The notes under the pieces: model-generated | Databases searched by the model: none | Told to the model about the DNA's origin: nothing | What the model saw: the letters and a program-made list of their open reading frames with translations, nothing else | In this document: positions 18,618-27,600 of the stretch, piece after piece | How the letters are laid out: each line of letters opens with the position of its first letter | Position numbering within the stretch: the first letter of the stretch is position 1 | Source of the DNA: a virus | Lineage: Duplodnaviria > Caudoviricetes | Virus record (IMG/VR): IMGVR_UViG_3300037311_000038 | Coordinates: 1-32,191 of that record | Direction: 5' to 3' (one strand) | Length of the DNA: 32,191 bases | Made by a program: the position numbers and the translations under genes

Positions 18618-19027
18618 TACTTAATAAGCCCGTTTCCGACTTCAATTAGTATTGAGCCAACTGTTTGTCTGACTCTGTTTTCAACTACGCCAGGGATTAA
18701 TGACTCAATAAACTCAGGCGTTACCTGCTTTTTAATTGCGTCATTAATCACTTGCTCAGCGATACCTGGCAGGACGTTGTTAACAATCGCCACAACCTGT
18801 TCAGATAGATCGATTGGAACGTCACTGCCCTTTTTCTTAACTGCGGCGATTAGCTCTGGACTAAATCCAAAGATACCCGACTCTTTGAAGTCGATTACAA
18901 GATAAGTCTCAAGCGCTTCCACTACTAAGAAAAAGCCAGGTAGCTTTGCCTGGAAGTCATCTACTAGCCGAACCTCATCGCCTACGTTGATATCGATCTC
19001 TTCTTTAGTCGCAATTATATATCTCAT
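18617..19027 (-). CDS. Hypothetical protein
   Basis: Coupled overlaps; beta N-terminus, helical C-terminus. Confidence 0.65.
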   Translation of the reverse strand: MRYIIATKEEIDINVGDEVRLVDDFQAKLPGFFLVVEALETYLVIDFKESGIFGFSPELIAAVKKKGSDVPIDLSEQVVAIVNNVLPGIAEQVINDAIKKQVTPEFIESLIPGVVENRVRQTVGSILIEVGNGLIK

Positions 19028-19380
19028 GGCGTGTATGTCCTTGTGATGTTGTCTAGCCGGTATTCGCCAGCCACTAGTGTGTATGTATAAGTATCTACAA
19101 CCTGTGCTGTGAGGCTTATTGAGTCAGCCGTGTATGTAATAGTGCTGACTCGCCGTAGCTTTCGGCTATTAAAGTCTAGCCACACGTAAGCCTCAACCTT
19201 ATCGTCAGCATTTATAATCTTTGCGTATTCTGAAGATGATGCGCCTGATGCATCTACTGGTATTGGAAACTGAGATGGATCAATTAGAGCTGTGACTTTT
19301 TGGCGAGATGTACCAGTAGCCAAAGCGTCTTCGACATAAGAGCTTCTTATTCTATCTGATATTTGATCCGGCTGAGCCAT
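19024..19380 (-). CDS. Hypothetical virion protein
   Basis: GGAG RBS; beta-strand C-terminus (TITYT..YTY..NITRT). Confidence 0.7.
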   Translation of the reverse strand: MAQPDQISDRIRSSYVEDALATGTSRQKVTALIDPSQFPIPVDASGASSSEYAKIINADDKVEAYVWLDFNSRKLRRVSTITYTADSISLTAQVVDTYTYTLVAGEYRLDNITRTYTP

Positions 19381-19393
19381 TTAAACTCCAGAT

Positions 19394-19427
19394 AGAAAAT
19401 GGGGCAAAGCATTTTTGCCTTGCCCCA
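19394..19427 (-). terminator. Intrinsic terminator after capsid/decoration genes
   Basis: - strand GGGGCAAGGCA-AAAA-TGCTTTGCCCC then ATTTTCT. Confidence 0.7.
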
Positions 19428-19442
19428 GATCCGGCATAACTA

Positions 19443-19841
19443 CTAGAAACGGCCAACTTCGAGAACAAACACGAGCCTGCCTGCAGTCAAAGCTGCAGTA
19501 GCAATGGTCATGTCGATTTTTTCGCCAGCTACTAGCTTTAGCGAGTTTTGAGTAGTTGGGTTTACTACTGCGCCAGCGGAAAAGCCCGAGATAGCTGCAG
19601 CAGAGAGCATTCCAGTTCCGCCAGTTGCCTTACCAGCTGCGATCGTTGCCGATCCGCCAGAGGTTACTGCGGTTTCAACCAAGATGTAACGAAGCTTAAC
19701 AGCGCATGCTACTTTAGCCTCGAACAAATCAAGGCTTCCGGTTGCTCCGGCATCCTTTGCGAAGTCATAGGTTACTCGTACTACTTCAATGCTTTGAGAC
19801 GCTGGTGCGCCCAATACTTTAACGTCTTTTACGGCTGGCAT
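19443..19841 (-). CDS. Capsid decoration / cement protein (putative)
   Basis: 132 aa Ala/Gly/Thr-rich, VTYDFAKDAGA...ALTAGRL; after major capsid, before terminator. Confidence 0.65.
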   Translation of the reverse strand: MPAVKDVKVLGAPASQSIEVVRVTYDFAKDAGATGSLDLFEAKVACAVKLRYILVETAVTSGGSATIAAGKATGGTGMLSAAAISGFSAGAVVNPTTQNSLKLVAGEKIDMTIATAALTAGRLVFVLEVGRF

Positions 19842-19843
19842 GG

Positions 19844-20041
19844 TTATCCCCTTTTAAGTTTTAACTTTCGATTAGTTTCGATTACTGCGAAATGCTTTTT
19901 CCCATCTGAATACATTGCGACTACTTTAAATGGCGTCTTGATCTGCGCTAGAAGAGCAACAACTGATTCAGCTGTAGGCCCATCTAGCGCTATCAAGTAA
20001 CCCCGACCGCTTAAGTTTGTAGTCAGTACGGGATTAGTCAT
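19844..20041 (-). CDS. Small hypothetical protein
   Basis: Abuts major capsid stop, fills gap. Confidence 0.65.
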   Translation of the reverse strand: MTNPVLTTNLSGRGYLIALDGPTAESVVALLAQIKTPFKVVAMYSDGKKHFAVIETNRKLKLKRG

Positions 20042-20917
20042 TTAGGTGTTGATCACCGTGATGTGCTTCAAAGCGCCTTCAAGGCCAAGCTTTGCACCGC
20101 ACCACATATCAACCGACACAACATAACCGTGCTTCTTTTGAGAATGTTGGTCAGATATCTTAACCATTGGCTCGCCCATAACCAGGTACATAAAGTCAGG
20201 GTGGAAAGCCAAAGCAGCGTCTTGCCCAGAAGTGCCAAGCCCTACAAGAGCCGAGCTGTTATCTTCCAATATCGAAAATCCAAAGCGCTGACGGGCAATT
20301 TGTCCGCCAACTACTGGAGCGTCTGGAACATAGTCGCTGGAGGTCAGCGTCTGAGCATTGAGCAAGTCACTCATGTACTGAGGATCTACCAGCAAGTACC
20401 AGCCAGGCATTTTCGACCATTTAGCTTGAGCTGCAAGCTTCCTTACGTTCAAAAGCGCAGTGGCGTTGAAGTCCGTTACGCTTGTTACCGTATGGTCAGG
20501 AGCAGAAGCCGAAGGAGCTACGAGGCTATAGAGGTAGCTGTTAAGCTCGATCTCCAAAGCTTCGAAGAGCACTTGGCGCATTTTTGGGTTGTCTTGCGAA
20601 ATTTGAGACTGGATATCAACCAAGTCCTCAACTTCGAAAGAAGCCGTGATGCGTTGGTCAGCTACGATGCCGACTCGGCTCGTCTCAAGAGCTGCAGAGT
20701 TAAAGCTCTCAGCGCCTGCGCCTTTTGTTTTACGCTCAGCCAAAGGACGCTTGATCATGCTGACGTATGCAGTGTCGCCGCCGCGCTTGATTACGCCTTC
20801 ATATTCCTTATTAACAAGCGAAGGAAGCAGAGTTTCTTCCTTCAATTGGTCTTGAAGCAAAGGTGCCCAAAACTTTTGTACTTGATCTTCTAACTGTGTG
20901 ACTAAAGTCATGCTCAT
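20042..20917 (-). CDS. Major capsid protein (HK97 fold, P22 gp5-like)
   Basis: VNKEYEGVIKRGGDT, YLLVDPQ, GQIARQRFGFSILE, ALAFHPD, VDMWCGAK; follows scaffold. Confidence 0.88.
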   Translation of the reverse strand: MSMTLVTQLEDQVQKFWAPLLQDQLKEETLLPSLVNKEYEGVIKRGGDTAYVSMIKRPLAERKTKGAGAESFNSAALETSRVGIVADQRITASFEVEDLVDIQSQISQDNPKMRQVLFEALEIELNSYLYSLVAPSASAPDHTVTSVTDFNATALLNVRKLAAQAKWSKMPGWYLLVDPQYMSDLLNAQTLTSSDYVPDAPVVGGQIARQRFGFSILEDNSSALVGLGTSGQDAALAFHPDFMYLVMGEPMVKISDQHSQKKHGYVVSVDMWCGAKLGLEGALKHITVINT

Positions 20918-20920
20918 AGT

Positions 20921-21541
20921 TTATTCTCCCCATTTAATATCAGTTATTTTGTACTTCTTTTTCTCTTTGCCGGTCATGTGTTTCCACTGACTTTCAGTAA
21001 TCCCAGTTTGCCCTCCGCTTGCGCTATTGCTTGGCAGCTTCTTACCCTCGGTTTTAATCAGCTCTGGGTAAGACTTTACAAACTCACTAGCAGCGGCCTC
21101 AGCGGAAGCTAAGTCTACTTCATTGGTTTCCGGGTCTATGACAACTTTGTCTAAGTCGATAAAACCTAAGTACTGAGACTTTTCTACCTTGCCAGGTATC
21201 TTTGTCATCACAGCGCTAAGCTTTACGGAATTTGTCCACCTAGATTCAATTTCAGATAACCTTTGCTTTGTATCCAAGACTTCCTTTTCTCGGAGTTCGA
21301 GCATTTTTTTATAGTTACCTTGTTGCTCTAGTTCTTTTTTCTCACGTTCTTCTTTTTCACGCAGAAGCTCTTGGAGCTTAGCTTCAGTTACCTGCAGCTT
21401 TTCTTTGACCTTCTTTGTTTGTCCAACAGCGTGATCGAATTGTTCGTAAGGGACAATACCCGGTTTGCCGCTATCGCCCCCAGCGTTTGCAGCATCTTTA
21501 CCGTCTTGAGCCCCACTCTCGGCGGTTTGATTCTTTTCCAT
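20921..21541 (-). CDS. Capsid scaffolding protein
   Basis: Coiled coil, VPYEQF, LEQQGNYKKM; directly upstream of capsid; AGGAG RBS. Confidence 0.8.
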   Translation of the reverse strand: MEKNQTAESGAQDGKDAANAGGDSGKPGIVPYEQFDHAVGQTKKVKEKLQVTEAKLQELLREKEEREKKELEQQGNYKKMLELREKEVLDTKQRLSEIESRWTNSVKLSAVMTKIPGKVEKSQYLGFIDLDKVVIDPETNEVDLASAEAAASEFVKSYPELIKTEGKKLPSNSASGGQTGITESQWKHMTGKEKKKYKITDIKWGE

Positions 21542-21552
21542 TGTAGACTCCT

Positions 21553-22011
21553 TTATTTTCTTTTCAATACCTTGAGTATTTCTCTTAGGATGAAGTTTTT
21601 CTCAAACTCCGCTAACCCAAAGAAGAACCTACCCTTGTCCTCCTGAAAGTCCTTCACTTCAGAATTAGACACTTTTGATGACGCGCCTGATAAGTCACGC
21701 GACCTCTTATTTTTTAAGCTTATTACGATCTTATTTTTATCAGCTTTCGCTTCGATAGCGCGTAGCAGCTGACCTGTAGCGGTAAGGTTTGATCTACCTG
21801 GCGAGGTGTTTGAATCAAGATTGTCTGAGTAGCGCCGTCTGTAGGCAACGGTTGATGCGGCAAGCCGTTTAATCTTACCGCCTTTTAGGTCTTTCCCTAG
21901 CTGAGTTCGGATTCTAATCTGCTCTGGTACGAGCTTCACAACTTCTTTTACTGCAAATTCAATCTGAGCATCAGTGAATCGTTTAATCTGCGTCTTCAGA
22001 CTTGGTGGCAT
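21553..22011 (-). CDS. Virion morphogenesis / tail completion-like protein
   Basis: Basic; IRIRTQLGKD...LAAST..YR...NLTATGQLL...RFFFGL. Confidence 0.6.
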   Translation of the reverse strand: MPPSLKTQIKRFTDAQIEFAVKEVVKLVPEQIRIRTQLGKDLKGGKIKRLAASTVAYRRRYSDNLDSNTSPGRSNLTATGQLLRAIEAKADKNKIVISLKNKRSRDLSGASSKVSNSEVKDFQEDKGRFFFGLAEFEKNFILREILKVLKRK

Positions 22012-22492
22012 CAGATGCGCTCCTTGCTTCAGACTGCTCTTCTAATATAGCGGTAGCATCATCTAAATCTGCTACCTTTTCCTTTAATGGCCTTAAGTCA
22101 GCCTGGGTAATGCCTAAAAAGTCTCGTTTTTTTCCTCTAATAGGCTTTGACTGGCCATAAGTGCCACGCACATTACCCTCTACTTTAGCAGCTAGAGGCG
22201 TCCCTGCCTCATAACCAATATGGATCTCTCCTGACCTGTGGGATAAAAGCGATAAGCTCTCTAGCATTTCTCTTGATAGAGTGAGATTAACATCGCCCTT
22301 ACTCTTGCCTGCGATCTTAAAGTCTAGGCTTTTGATGTAAGAATCGGAATAGCCAGGCAAAGGTTTGTTGTTCTTATCGAAACCCTTCCTAGATCTATTG
22401 ATAATGAAGTCTATGACTTCTTTAGCTAGGGCCTCCCTTTGGATTGGCTTTAGCTTCTTTGACACGTTCAGCTTGAACTTTGTGTAGCTCAT
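21983..22492 (-). CDS. Virion morphogenesis-like protein, paralog of downstream gene
   Basis: IINRSRKGFD...YSDSY...VNLTLSREML...RDFLGI. Confidence 0.6.
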   Translation of the reverse strand: MSYTKFKLNVSKKLKPIQREALAKEVIDFIINRSRKGFDKNNKPLPGYSDSYIKSLDFKIAGKSKGDVNLTLSREMLESLSLLSHRSGEIHIGYEAGTPLAAKVEGNVRGTYGQSKPIRGKKRDFLGITQADLRPLKEKVADLDDATAILEEQSEARSASDATKSEDAD

Positions 22493-22676
22493 GCTCTAGA
22501 TCCTCAATGGCTTTTTCATACTGGCCAATATAGTGACCTTCTTTAATCAGAATTTCCTTGCGGCTCTTTAAGAACTGAAGCTTCTGCATCTTCTTCTGTT
22601 CCGGGCTCGCTGTCGGTTCCATCGACTCCGCTACCTTCTTCATTGCTTGCTGCATCAGCTCCATCTCGCGAATCAT
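22422..22676 (-). CDS. Small helical protein overlapping portal 3' end
   Basis: AGAAGGAGAG upstream of ATG 22676; protein-like composition; overlaps both neighbours. Confidence 0.45.
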   Translation of the reverse strand: MIREMELMQQAMKKVAESMEPTASPEQKKMQKLQFLKSRKEILIKEGHYIGQYEKAIEDLEHELHKVQAERVKEAKANPKGGPS

Positions 22677-24039
22677 CTATCTCTCCTTCTTCTTCGATTA
22701 ATAGTAATCTTGCTGCAATTTGTTCTTCAGATAAGTCTGGATATAGCCGCTTCATTGCAGACTTTTTATCCAAATACCCAGAGCGCACTTCTAGATCTAC
22801 AGTTTCAACTTCAGATCTTCTATCTAGCAGAGGACGTGGATCATCAAATTCGATTCTCATGTCAAATGCGCTACTAAAGAGCCCAACATTTGAAAGCATT
22901 CCAGTTGATACCCAGTAGTTATTCATTGTCTTAATAAGCTGCCACATGCCTTTCTCGTCTGCTTTAAACGATGTCATGTTGGCTTTTTTAAGTGCTGTAG
23001 CGTCTGCCTCGTCGATCATCTTTGCAATGCCGCTAGCTGCAGCACCGCCGTCTAGTGATCCGATAGATCCAGACTTAATGCCTTTGGTCTCTAGCCAAAG
23101 AGATAGAGCACTCATAATAAACTTAATTACTTTATCAACATCGGCCTGCGGGGTGATAGTGCCAACCTTTGGCTCTTTACCGCTAGCTGGATCACTCTTT
23201 AAATCCCAGAAAGCGTTTGGCGATAGAGTAAGGTTCTCTGCTTTAACATCAACTCCGTAGATCACAGAAAAGCACTGATACATGATAGCCCCTGCCATAT
23301 CAGTGAGCATGACAGGTACCATTTCAGTCATGGCTTTAATGTCTGTGTCTTGAGTCGGCATGAGCTTAGTTTTTGATCTAAACCCGTAGTAAAAAGGGAT
23401 AACTCCGTATGGATTTACTCCGCCATTACCTTCTAAATATTGAGGCAAGTCCTGACCTGCGGCGTCGAATGCGTCAAATTCAGTGTCAGTGTACACAAAA
23501 TAGTACATGCGCTGATCATAACCGCGTCCAGTTTTGACAGCTTGTTTACCCATAATCTTGATAAACACTGTAGGCTTTAGCGGGTTAACTAGATTGTCTG
23601 AGTACACAAGGAATCTATCGTACGGAATGACGCGCACCCTTGGCACAGGGCTTACGCCGCCGTCATCTAAGTATGGCTCAATGGCATAGCCTTTAAAGAG
23701 CTGAATAAACTCATCAGCGCATGCCATTACTACGTTCATGTCGCACTCATCTTCGTAGTATTTAATTAGCTCTGCGTCTTGGCCGTCTGCGCTTCTAATA
23801 GGGTTGTGGTTATATACGCCGGATACCTTATCAACATAGCGCTTTAGTATGTTGATTGGCAGGACACGATCTTTGATTTGATTGAAATAGTTTTCAGATA
23901 GAGAGTTTTCAAGCACGTTTAGAACGTACTTTTTAAGACCGCCTTCAAAGATATCTAGCATTGAGGCGTTGTATTCAAGATATGGCGTACATGCTTTAAT
24001 GTAGGCCAGTATCTCTTGTCTTCTATCTTTTAGTGCCAT
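22543..24039 (-). CDS. Portal protein (SPP1-like)
   Basis: 498 aa after terminase; INILKRYVDK, NPYGVIPF, AASGIAK. Confidence 0.88.
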   Translation of the reverse strand: MALKDRRQEILAYIKACTPYLEYNASMLDIFEGGLKKYVLNVLENSLSENYFNQIKDRVLPINILKRYVDKVSGVYNHNPIRSADGQDAELIKYYEDECDMNVVMACADEFIQLFKGYAIEPYLDDGGVSPVPRVRVIPYDRFLVYSDNLVNPLKPTVFIKIMGKQAVKTGRGYDQRMYYFVYTDTEFDAFDAAGQDLPQYLEGNGGVNPYGVIPFYYGFRSKTKLMPTQDTDIKAMTEMVPVMLTDMAGAIMYQCFSVIYGVDVKAENLTLSPNAFWDLKSDPASGKEPKVGTITPQADVDKVIKFIMSALSLWLETKGIKSGSIGSLDGGAAASGIAKMIDEADATALKKANMTSFKADEKGMWQLIKTMNNYWVSTGMLSNVGLFSSAFDMRIEFDDPRPLLDRRSEVETVDLEVRSGYLDKKSAMKRLYPDLSEEQIAARLLLIEEEGEIDDSRDGADAASNEEGSGVDGTDSEPGTEEDAEASVLKEPQGNSD

Positions 24040-24048
24040 GGTTGCCTC

Positions 24049-25401
24049 TTAGAGTTGTAATTGCCTAGATGATCTAGATTCGTTTTGAGCTGCGTAAAAA
24101 CATCCATACCCGATCGCAGTAGTAATGTGTTGATAGGTGGCCGAATCATCTTCGATATACTGACCGCCCTTTTTTAGCTTCACAAGAGAAAAGCCTTCGT
24201 TTGCTGTTTTGGCATTTTTGTACACTGTTATTCTAACTCGGCCTTCTGAATTTTTGAAATAAGCGTTCATTAAAATGTGTCGCTGCCTTACAGCTGGGTT
24301 TGCTGCCGGCACTTGCATCTCAAAATTAATGCCGCGCTGCCGAAGGAAGTTTTGAATAATCTCGTAGTCTGATGATGGGCCTCTAGTGTCACGGGCTTTG
24401 CCTGACGCATCGCCATGGATAATGAGCCTTGATCCTTTTGGCATAAGACCACGGTTATATGCGTCTTCTAGTAGCTCCTCTGTTCTAGCACCGTGGATTA
24501 CAGCCTCGTCATAGATATGGAAGTGATCGTTTTTATACTGCATAAAAGCAGCCGACATGGGCTTGTTTAGTGCGATATTAAAGTCAAAGCACATGCGAAT
24601 TGGGTACGATAGATCTGGAGTATAGATAGTATCGCGCTTAAAGTGTGTTTCTGGAGCGTATTGATAATACACAGTATCGGCTGCGATTCTAACCCACCTA
24701 CCTTTTAGCATTCGCTCTGCCATTAAAGGATCTAGGTTTCGCTTTAATGTTTCTAAATACACGGGGTTTAGAAACTTATTTTGTTCTGTAAGCGAGTAGA
24801 ACACATGCCGGTCAGGGTGATCTTCCTCAATAAAGTGTTTATATACCCAGTGATCAGGCCCATCGGGGTTTGTGCATGACAATAGAAACGCTTCTGGCAC
24901 GTGTGAGAGACGCCCTATTCTGCCATATATTTCGTTAAATACAGGCTTATCGCTCTCGTCATTTTCGGTTAGCTCTTCGATAATTGCGCACGATAGATCT
25001 GTAGATCGAATCTTTTTAAAATTACCGTCGCCCCATGACTTTGAAATGATCTCAGATCCGTTTTTAAATTGTATTGATGCCGTGTTCCACTGGACCCAAT
25101 AATCTTTACCTTCGATTAGATCCTCACAGATCATTTCAGTTATCTTTAGAAATATTGTTTCTTTTAAATCCGGAAGAGATCTCCTCCCAAGCAGTAGCTT
25201 TGATCTTGGATAAAGCAGGCAATGCGTAATACCTATGTATGCGGCTAAGGTGCTCTTCGAACTTCCGAGAGACCCTGACAGCATTATTTGTGGGAAGCTT
25301 TTTTTGTAATCAAATCCTTTTCGAACCCAATCAATGACGGTTGCTTGATACGGTATTTGTGTTGGATCGAACTCTGATAAAGATGGCGTCGATCCAATCA
25401 T
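24049..25401 (-). CDS. terL: Terminase large subunit
   Basis: Walker A GSLGSSKS, Walker B-like AIIEE, CTNPDGPDHW, nuclease CFDFN and GDASG. Confidence 0.92.
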   Translation of the reverse strand: MIGSTPSLSEFDPTQIPYQATVIDWVRKGFDYKKSFPQIMLSGSLGSSKSTLAAYIGITHCLLYPRSKLLLGRRSLPDLKETIFLKITEMICEDLIEGKDYWVQWNTASIQFKNGSEIISKSWGDGNFKKIRSTDLSCAIIEELTENDESDKPVFNEIYGRIGRLSHVPEAFLLSCTNPDGPDHWVYKHFIEEDHPDRHVFYSLTEQNKFLNPVYLETLKRNLDPLMAERMLKGRWVRIAADTVYYQYAPETHFKRDTIYTPDLSYPIRMCFDFNIALNKPMSAAFMQYKNDHFHIYDEAVIHGARTEELLEDAYNRGLMPKGSRLIIHGDASGKARDTRGPSSDYEIIQNFLRQRGINFEMQVPAANPAVRQRHILMNAYFKNSEGRVRITVYKNAKTANEGFSLVKLKKGGQYIEDDSATYQHITTAIGYGCFYAAQNESRSSRQLQL

Positions 25402-25736
25402 TACTCTTTTTTATCTACTGGTTTTTTCGGTTCGTACTTCAAAATGATTGTTTTATTTTCAGTAGCATCTTTCACTTCTGTTTTTTCCGTTTGACCAAGC
25501 TCTTGCTTTCCTAACCATACGAGCATTCCAAGGTTGCCTTTTTCGGCTAGCTGCCATTGAAGTTGTCTTAATCTAATTTTCCGATTAGCCCTAGCCTTTA
25601 TCAGAATACTGGAAAAACGCTTTGCTATAGTAGTTTCGTCACAATTAAAATGACCTGCTATTTCTCGGTTTGTAGCACCCAGCCTTGCAAAGCCCTCAAC
25701 GGTTCTCTCATCAATTTGTAGCTTTGGCCTAGCCAT
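25401..25736 (-). CDS. terS: Terminase small subunit
   Basis: MARPK, HTH (ATNREIAGHFNCDETTI), WLGKQELGQ; coupled to terL. Confidence 0.82.
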   Translation of the reverse strand: MARPKLQIDERTVEGFARLGATNREIAGHFNCDETTIAKRFSSILIKARANRKIRLRQLQWQLAEKGNLGMLVWLGKQELGQTEKTEVKDATENKTIILKYEPKKPVDKKE

Positions 25737-26589
25737 TACTCATCTTCCTATTTTTATAGAGCGATTCGTATGCATATCTATTGATGTAAACTTTTTCTAT
25801 TTTGTAAATTCTGCTTTCAGATGAGAAAAGCGAGCGCTTCTTTAAAGAAGCTAGTAATTTAAAACGCCCTGATGGCATGTAATACTCTGAAATAAATACC
25901 GTAACCATTTGTCTATCGCACCAATCATAAAATTTATTATGGTCAAACTTGGCATCATAATATTGTACAGTTCCAATATATGGAGGGTCACAGTATACAA
26001 CTGAGTTTTTTTCTATATGGACATTGTCGTATGACAAATTAGTAAAATTTAACTGCTGCAACTCGCCTCTGCTTTTATTTTTGTGAATTACACGAATTCT
26101 GTTTCTTAAGAATAACATCCTATCTTTAATAGAGTATTCGTCTTTAAATTTTGTAATTCCAAGAATTTTTACAGCAGTTTTATCGAAGTCATTAAAAATA
26201 ATCGCATTATGCAGCGATCGTTTATATAGCTCTATGTCCTTTGAAAAAAGGTAGTCTTCACCATTATTGCCAAAGGACCAACAAAGTTTGATGTAAGGGT
26301 CTTTATCTAAAGACTTAAAGAACTCATCTCTTGATACAAATTTTGGCTTAAAATTATTATAATTATACTTCCCATCGATTGCGTTTTTGAGTAGCTCACA
26401 AATTCCTGGCCTAATCTCGTTAAAGTGGAAGTATTTATAATCTTTGGACCTTTTTAACAGCATGGCGTGAGTTACTGCAAAGCCTCCGCCAAATAGGTCG
26501 TAAAAATGATCTGCTTTTGGAAATAAACTAATTATATAATCGCAGATTTTATCTTTAGATCCCATATAAGGGATGCCGTATTGTGCCAT
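25729..26589 (-). CDS. DNA adenine methyltransferase (Dam/D12 class)
   Basis: PYMGSK, FYDLFGGG, FNE, VYCDPPY, FISEY. Confidence 0.9.
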   Translation of the reverse strand: MAQYGIPYMGSKDKICDYIISLFPKADHFYDLFGGGFAVTHAMLLKRSKDYKYFHFNEIRPGICELLKNAIDGKYNYNNFKPKFVSRDEFFKSLDKDPYIKLCWSFGNNGEDYLFSKDIELYKRSLHNAIIFNDFDKTAVKILGITKFKDEYSIKDRMLFLRNRIRVIHKNKSRGELQQLNFTNLSYDNVHIEKNSVVYCDPPYIGTVQYYDAKFDHNKFYDWCDRQMVTVFISEYYMPSGRFKLLASLKKRSLFSSESRIYKIEKVYINRYAYESLYKNRKMSNG

Positions 26590-26870
26590 TATTTGTACCT
26601 AACAATAAGTCCACGCGCCAAAAGGTCTTCGTAAGTACTCATTAGCTCCGCTTCATTAGCGCATTGCACTTCTAGAATATGTTTTTGTTTTGGCTTGTCG
26701 TCTTGTATGTCATCAAGATCAAATTTTTCTAGCGCTTCGATTGTAAAGTCTTTTATCCCAAGTAGATCAATATCTAGCTCTGGTCCTAGGTCTGCTATGT
26801 CGGCGTTTATGGCTGACATATCTAGCTCGCTCCATGATGCAACTGCATTATCGGCGATAAGATCCGCGCA
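26589..26870 (-). pseudogene. C-terminal remnant of a ParB-like phage protein (ORF 26589-26819 may still be expressed)
   Basis: ADLIADNAVASWSELDMSAINADIADLGPELDIDLLGIKDF matches the end of phage ParB-like domains but is preceded by in-frame TGA TAA and has no GH-x-R core. Confidence 0.65.
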
Positions 26871-26980
26871 TTATCAGCTTCTTCGATCATTTGATTAATT
26901 TCTGCGTGTTGATAAAAAAAGGTTAGCTTTTTAGTTCTAACCTCATTTCTTAGTTCACCTAATGTAATATGGATCTTCAT
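26822..26980 (-). CDS. 52-aa ORF (MKIHITLG...) occupying the start of the disrupted ParB-like gene
   Basis: ATGA overlap with upstream stop; runs out of frame into the ParB remnant. Confidence 0.4.
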   Translation of the reverse strand: MKIHITLGELRNEVRTKKLTFFYQHAEINQMIEEADNARILSPIMQLHHGAS

Positions 26981-27192
26981 TGTCGTTTTCCTAAATCATG
27001 AGCGCACTCATGCGCGTAATCGTGGATGATTTGGTCTAGCTGATCTTTTTTATAAAAGTGAGTGAGAGATTTAGCTCTAAGGTTAATGGCAAACTTTAGA
27101 GCCACAAGATCTAGGCTCTCATCAGATACTGGTTCAGTTACGATGCATCTGACGGCAGCTTTAAATGTTTTAACAATATGTTCGGTTGTCAC
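26977..27192 (-). CDS. Hypothetical protein (probable GTG start at 27192)
   Basis: GGGGG purine run before GTG; coupled to next ORF. Confidence 0.55.
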   Translation of the reverse strand: MTTEHIVKTFKAAVRCIVTEPVSDESLDLVALKFAINLRAKSLTHFYKKDQLDQIIHDYAHECAHDLGKRQ

Positions 27193-27282
27193 TATTAGCC
27201 CCCAGCTAAAGAGAACAAAGCGCCCCACGCTTTAGTCCGATTAGAGCATTGTATTGGTTATTTTATCTACTCACAATAGGAA

Positions 27283-27507
27283 TTAGCAGGTGCCTTCTGT
27301 GGGCTCTGTGAGAAAGCAGCTCTCGCACATATAGACCGTATCTTTAATCCAGGAATCAGCGCAGTAATCGCAGATGACAAAGCCTTGTCCTGGGCGCGGG
27401 CCAACGGATAGTTCGCATGGAGGGCATATGTGCTCTTCTGTGGGGCTAAGCTGAACCATGCATCGCTGGCACTTGTGTTGTTCGTAGGCGTAGGTCATGC
27501 GCATCAT
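27283..27507 (-). CDS. Small protein with four CxxC motifs (two zinc ribbons)
   Basis: CQRC, CPPC, CDYC, CESC. Confidence 0.65.
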   Translation of the reverse strand: MMRMTYAYEQHKCQRCMVQLSPTEEHICPPCELSVGPRPGQGFVICDYCADSWIKDTVYMCESCFLTEPTEGTC

Positions 27508-27513
27508 AGAAGT

Positions 27514-27600
27514 TTAGGGAAAGATCCTTAAAATAACGAGAGATCCCAAGATGCCGGATACAAAAAAGATTAAAAACCAGTCATCTTGGGAGAGTTTCAT
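27514..27600 (-). CDS. 28-aa hydrophobic micropeptide
   Basis: MKLSQDDWFLIFFVSGILGSLVILRIFP; ATGA overlap with upstream stop. Confidence 0.45.
   Translation of the reverse strand: MKLSQDDWFLIFFVSGILGSLVILRIFP

Noticed and set aside
6410-19990. Other + strand ORFs opposite structural genes (e.g. 6410-6784, 9887-10366, 17852-18223, 19548-20000)
   Set aside because: Antisense shadows of long - strand genes with no independent support
20063-20893. 276-aa + strand ORF antisense to the major capsid gene
   Set aside because: Fully nested opposite a clear gene, no RBS or motif; explained by codon bias
24940-25270. Non-canonical terminase Walker B (AIIEE) and Walker A (GSLGSSKS)
   Set aside because: Such variants are within known terminase diversity; the gene is otherwise intact
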